Shown here one piece after another: positions 60,924 through 64,000 of a stretch of 64,000 bases of DNA; the first letter of the stretch is position 1; every line of letters starts with the position of its first letter. The stretch covers positions 277,992 to 341,991 of the forward strand of contig JAGOQR010000001.1 of NCBI GenBank assembly GCA_017991415.1, written 5' to 3'. Made by a program: the position numbers and the translations under genes. The stretch comes from Candidatus Magasanikiibacteriota bacterium. Lineage in GTDB: Bacteria > Patescibacteriota > Patescibacteriia > Magasanikbacterales > GWA2-37-8. The notes under the pieces were generated by a model. The model worked only from the letters and a program-made list of their open reading frames with translations. It was not told the origin of the DNA and made no database searches.

Positions 60924-61015
60924 AACCACCTCCCGGTGGGGATCTTACGTTGTAACCACGCTTATTTAGTTACCAAGGATTGGCAAAAAACAAAGCATGA
61001 GTAGTTAAGAATTTA

Positions 61016-62716
61016 TTACATTTCCACAACCGTGTCAATGGTAAGAAGCTTTAAAGAATTTTCTAAAACACTTTTTGCTGCGCTCACAAGCTGCACCCGT
61101 GCTGCAATAAGTTCTTTTGTTTCTGCCTTTAAAATACTCTGTTTGTTATAAAAATTATTAAATGCCTGAGCTAAGTCAAAGCTATATCTTGTAATTACTG
61201 AAGGATTATACTCAAACAAGGCCTGACTTACGATTTCTGGATATTTTGCCAACAATAAAATTAACTGCTTCTCTTCTAACTTATCGAGCAAACCATACTT
61301 AATACTGCCTATTTTTAATCGTGGTGATTGTTTTAAAATACTATTTATTCTTGCAATAGAATATAGCACATACGGACCCGTAAACCCTTCAAAAGACGAA
61401 GCCTCTTTGATATCAAAAACAATATTTTTTGCTGCCTCATGTTTTTGCATATCAAACTTAAGCGCAGCCATAGCAAGCAGCCTCACATTGGTATTTATTT
61501 TTTTCTCGCTCCAATCTGGATGTCTTTGTACAGACTCGGCTTTAAGCTTGCCAAACACATCGGCAAATAAATCTTCATATAAAATAACATTGCCGAGTCG
61601 AGAGGACATTTTACCTTCTTTTAGATTTACTAAGCCGTACCCAATATGGGTTAGTTTTTTATCAAAGCCCATTAATTCTAAAATTTTATACAGCTGCTTG
61701 AAATATAAATTCTGTTCAATACCAGTAACCACAATACTTTCAGCGACAGTAAACTTTTTAAACTTTGCCACTGCCAGCGGTAAATCACTAGTCAAATACA
61801 AACCTGCACCATTGGACTTGCGAAGCAGTGCAACATCTAACTTATACTGACTTAAATCAATAATAATTGCCCCGCCTTCTCCTACTGTGGCAATACCTTT
61901 TTTTAACAAATCATCAACAATTTTTTGCCCTTTGCCTTTTAAATCTTTCTCATAAAAAACAGCGACATGTCGCACTCCTAGATCTTTAAATATAGTTACA
62001 AACTGATCAATACTCCAAGCTCTTGTTTTCATAAACAACGGCCACAACTTTTTGTCATGGGCTTCAAGCTGCCTTTGGACCTCTGCCACTTCTGGCGCAA
62101 ATTCTGGATTTTCTTTTAACTTTTGACTCGCTTCGGCATAAATATCACCAAGCCATTTTTGTTTATTTTCTGGCAACTTTTCATCTTTGTGAAATTTTTG
62201 CAAACCCCACAAACATTTGGCCACATGACTACCAAAATCATTTAAATAATTTACAGGGTATACTTTATATCCATTATGCTCATATAGACGAACCAAAACA
62301 TTACCAATACAAACATTGCGGAAATGACCAATATGAAATTCTTTATGAGTGTTATTAGACGGATATTCAATCAATATTTTTTTATCCTTACCAGAATTAT
62401 TAATACCATATTTTTTTCCTTTTTTTACTATGTCTTTTATTACCATTTCCGCCACTGCACCAGCACTCAGATAAAAATTTATATACGGACCCAAGGCTTG
62501 CACTTTACTTGCCAAACCCAACTGACCACTATTTATTATCCCCTCTATTTTTTTCGCCGCGTCTACTGGACTTACCTTCCATTCTTTAGCAATCCCAAAA
62601 CAAGCAAACGCAAAATCCCCCATCTCTGGATTTGGCGGAACAGTTAATTCTACACCACCCGCTACTCCTGCTCTTTCTAATAAATTATAGATATACTGCT
62701 TTACTTCACTTGCCAT
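61016..62716 (-). CDS. argS: arginyl-tRNA synthetase
   Basis: Class I HIGH (FHIGHFRN) and KMSSRLGN (KMSK-type); N-terminal Arg-tRNA Add-1-like domain. Confidence 0.9.
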   Translation of the reverse strand: MASEVKQYIYNLLERAGVAGGVELTVPPNPEMGDFAFACFGIAKEWKVSPVDAAKKIEGIINSGQLGLASKVQALGPYINFYLSAGAVAEMVIKDIVKKGKKYGINNSGKDKKILIEYPSNNTHKEFHIGHFRNVCIGNVLVRLYEHNGYKVYPVNYLNDFGSHVAKCLWGLQKFHKDEKLPENKQKWLGDIYAEASQKLKENPEFAPEVAEVQRQLEAHDKKLWPLFMKTRAWSIDQFVTIFKDLGVRHVAVFYEKDLKGKGQKIVDDLLKKGIATVGEGGAIIIDLSQYKLDVALLRKSNGAGLYLTSDLPLAVAKFKKFTVAESIVVTGIEQNLYFKQLYKILELMGFDKKLTHIGYGLVNLKEGKMSSRLGNVILYEDLFADVFGKLKAESVQRHPDWSEKKINTNVRLLAMAALKFDMQKHEAAKNIVFDIKEASSFEGFTGPYVLYSIARINSILKQSPRLKIGSIKYGLLDKLEEKQLILLLAKYPEIVSQALFEYNPSVITRYSFDLAQAFNNFYNKQSILKAETKELIAARVQLVSAAKSVLENSLKLLTIDTVVEM

Positions 62717-62863
62717 ACTTAAACTTAATTATTTGTATCCGGGGTTTGGGGCGGTAATGTCTGAGCAACCCAGTTTGCAAAACCAAACCCATTCCCGAGG
62801 CGAGTTTTACCGCCCCAAAACTTTTTGTTACTTTTTGGTTACAAAAAGTAAACCACCCACCAT

Positions 62864-64000
62864 TTATATAATCTTCACAAAAAACCGACTACCCTTCTGC
62901 ACCACATCCCCTGTCTTTACCTGCACATCAATCGCAACTACTTTCTCATCATTAATTTTCACCCCGCCCTGACCAATCACTTGGCGCGCTTCGGATTTAC
63001 TCTTGCAAATACCAGATTCTACCAACACGGTAATAATATCTAACACACTTGGTTTGAGTTCGGGGATTTCTTGAGGCTTAGATTTTTCTTGAAACACTTT
63101 ACTAAAATGCTCTTCAGCAGTTTTTGCATACTTTTCCCCCAAAAATGTTTTCACAATTTCAAAGGCGAGTTTTAATTTTTGATCACGTGGATTTTGTGTT
63201 TCAGTTTGGATTTTTTGTATTGCATCCATTGGCATAGTGGTACACAACTCAAATCCATTAGCAATCATGCCGTCGGTCCAGCTCATCACTTTACCAAACA
63301 TATCTTCTGGCTTATCGGAAAACGCCACCATATTACCTTCGGTTTTACCCATCTTCTTACCAGAAGAATCTACTAATAATTTAGTGGTCAATACAAATTT
63401 TTCTTTATTCTTTAGATCTTTCATCAAGGTTCGCCCAGCCAACATATTAAAAGTCTGATCATTGCCACCAATTTCTCCGTCTACATCCATGGCCACACTA
63501 TCATAGCCCTGCATGAGTGGATACAAAAATTCATGAAGGTAAATTGGTTTTTCTTCTTTTATTCTGTTTTCAAACATATCCCGCTCCATCATACGTTGTA
63601 CCGTAAAATGCGAAGACAGTTCTACCACATCAGCAAAACTCATTTTAGCCAGCCATTTACTATTAAACTTTACCTGCACTGGATTTTTACCAGAAAAATT
63701 TAATACTGATGCTGCTTGTTTTTTATAATTTTTATAATTTTCTAGTACCTGCTTGCGAGTTAATTTTTGTCTGGCTGAAGTTTTATCGGTAGGATCACCA
63801 ATCATCCCCGTAAAATCACCAATAAGCATAATAATTTTATGCCCCAAATCTTGGAATTGGCGAAGTTTAAGCATGGTAATACCATGACCAATATGAAGTG
63901 TTGGTGCGGTTGGATCATAGCCAGTATAAAGCGTAAGCTGCTCACCTGATTTTAGACGAGCTTCCAAAAATTCTTTTTTCGGATAAATATTTTCTACACC
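62864..64000 (-). CDS. tyrS: tyrosyl-tRNA synthetase (5' end runs off the window)
   Basis: YTGYDPTAPTLHIGHG (HIGH), KMGKTEGN (KMSKS), and a C-terminal S4 domain. The tracked start is a TTG. The in-frame upstream translation GVENIYPKKEFLEAR continues to the window edge. Confidence 0.85.
   Translation of the reverse strand, partial: GVENIYPKKEFLEARLKSGEQLTLYTGYDPTAPTLHIGHGITMLKLRQFQDLGHKIIMLIGDFTGMIGDPTDKTSARQKLTRKQVLENYKNYKKQAASVLNFSGKNPVQVKFNSKWLAKMSFADVVELSSHFTVQRMMERDMFENRIKEEKPIYLHEFLYPLMQGYDSVAMDVDGEIGGNDQTFNMLAGRTLMKDLKNKEKFVLTTKLLVDSSGKKMGKTEGNMVAFSDKPEDMFGKVMSWTDGMIANGFELCTTMPMDAIQKIQTETQNPRDQKLKLAFEIVKTFLGEKYAKTAEEHFSKVFQEKSKPQEIPELKPSVLDIITVLVESGICKSKSEARQVIGQGGVKINDEKVVAIDVQVKTGDVVQKGSRFFVKII

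Overview
The window reads as one contiguous chromosomal segment of a small-genome, A+T-rich bacterium with Candidate-Phyla-Radiation (Patescibacteria)-like traits. Promoters are canonical sigma70 type (TTGACA-N17-TATAAT) and host genes almost never have a Shine-Dalgarno sequence. It also has N-terminally reduced Mur ligases, giant Cys-rich surface proteins, and a single unlinked 16S rRNA gene with mismatches at universal primer sites. Almost all genes are on the minus strand.

Housekeeping content, left to right: Mur ligase; a glycan/envelope cluster (membrane glycoside hydrolase, EamA transporter, two GT4 glycosyltransferases); a SAM methyltransferase divergent from a bacterial Elp3 homologue; NUDIX, glyA, a SIMPL-domain protein, pyk, nrdR, ftsZ-ftsA, dgkA-like, ybeY; a ~14.5-kb surface-protein locus; rpsU-hisS-lepB; tRNA-Ile, tRNA-Val, 16S rRNA; trmD, KH protein, rpsP; smc; nrnA-clpP; VanW, hsp20, sodA, mutM, murF, ftsI, ndk, yraN; tRNA-Leu; a bPH membrane protein, DAGK-like lipid kinase, bactofilin, an orphan 7TM histidine kinase; argS and partial tyrS.

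Most interesting observations:
1. Three short, sharply bounded G+C-rich islands, each carrying minus-strand genes with strong AGGAGG-type Shine-Dalgarno sites in an otherwise SD-less genome. One holds two small ORFs between the 16S gene and tRNA-Val, with a repeated twin-hairpin 3' module. One is a NUDIX gene sitting where rimM would be in the rpsP-KH-(rimM)-trmD operon. One is a Rossmann-fold gene next to argS. This looks like gene-sized horizontal acquisitions from a high-GC donor.
2. The surface locus encodes two proteins (2262 and 674 aa) that share a VirB2/TrbC-pilin-like N-terminal module (signal peptide plus two TM helices) fused to IPT/TIG and Cys-rich-repeat ectodomains. It also has a 1099-aa LamG/Cys-repeat protein and three tandem thrombospondin-type-3 calcium-binding-repeat membrane proteins.
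3. The Elp3 and Trm9-like methyltransferase divergent pair suggests an mcm5U-type wobble-modification pathway.
4. A promoter-to-terminator unit of about 270 nt with no ORF is a candidate sRNA.
5. A perfect 20-nt GC palindrome plus an 11-nt duplicate of the tRNA-Ile 5' end lies between the two tRNAs.
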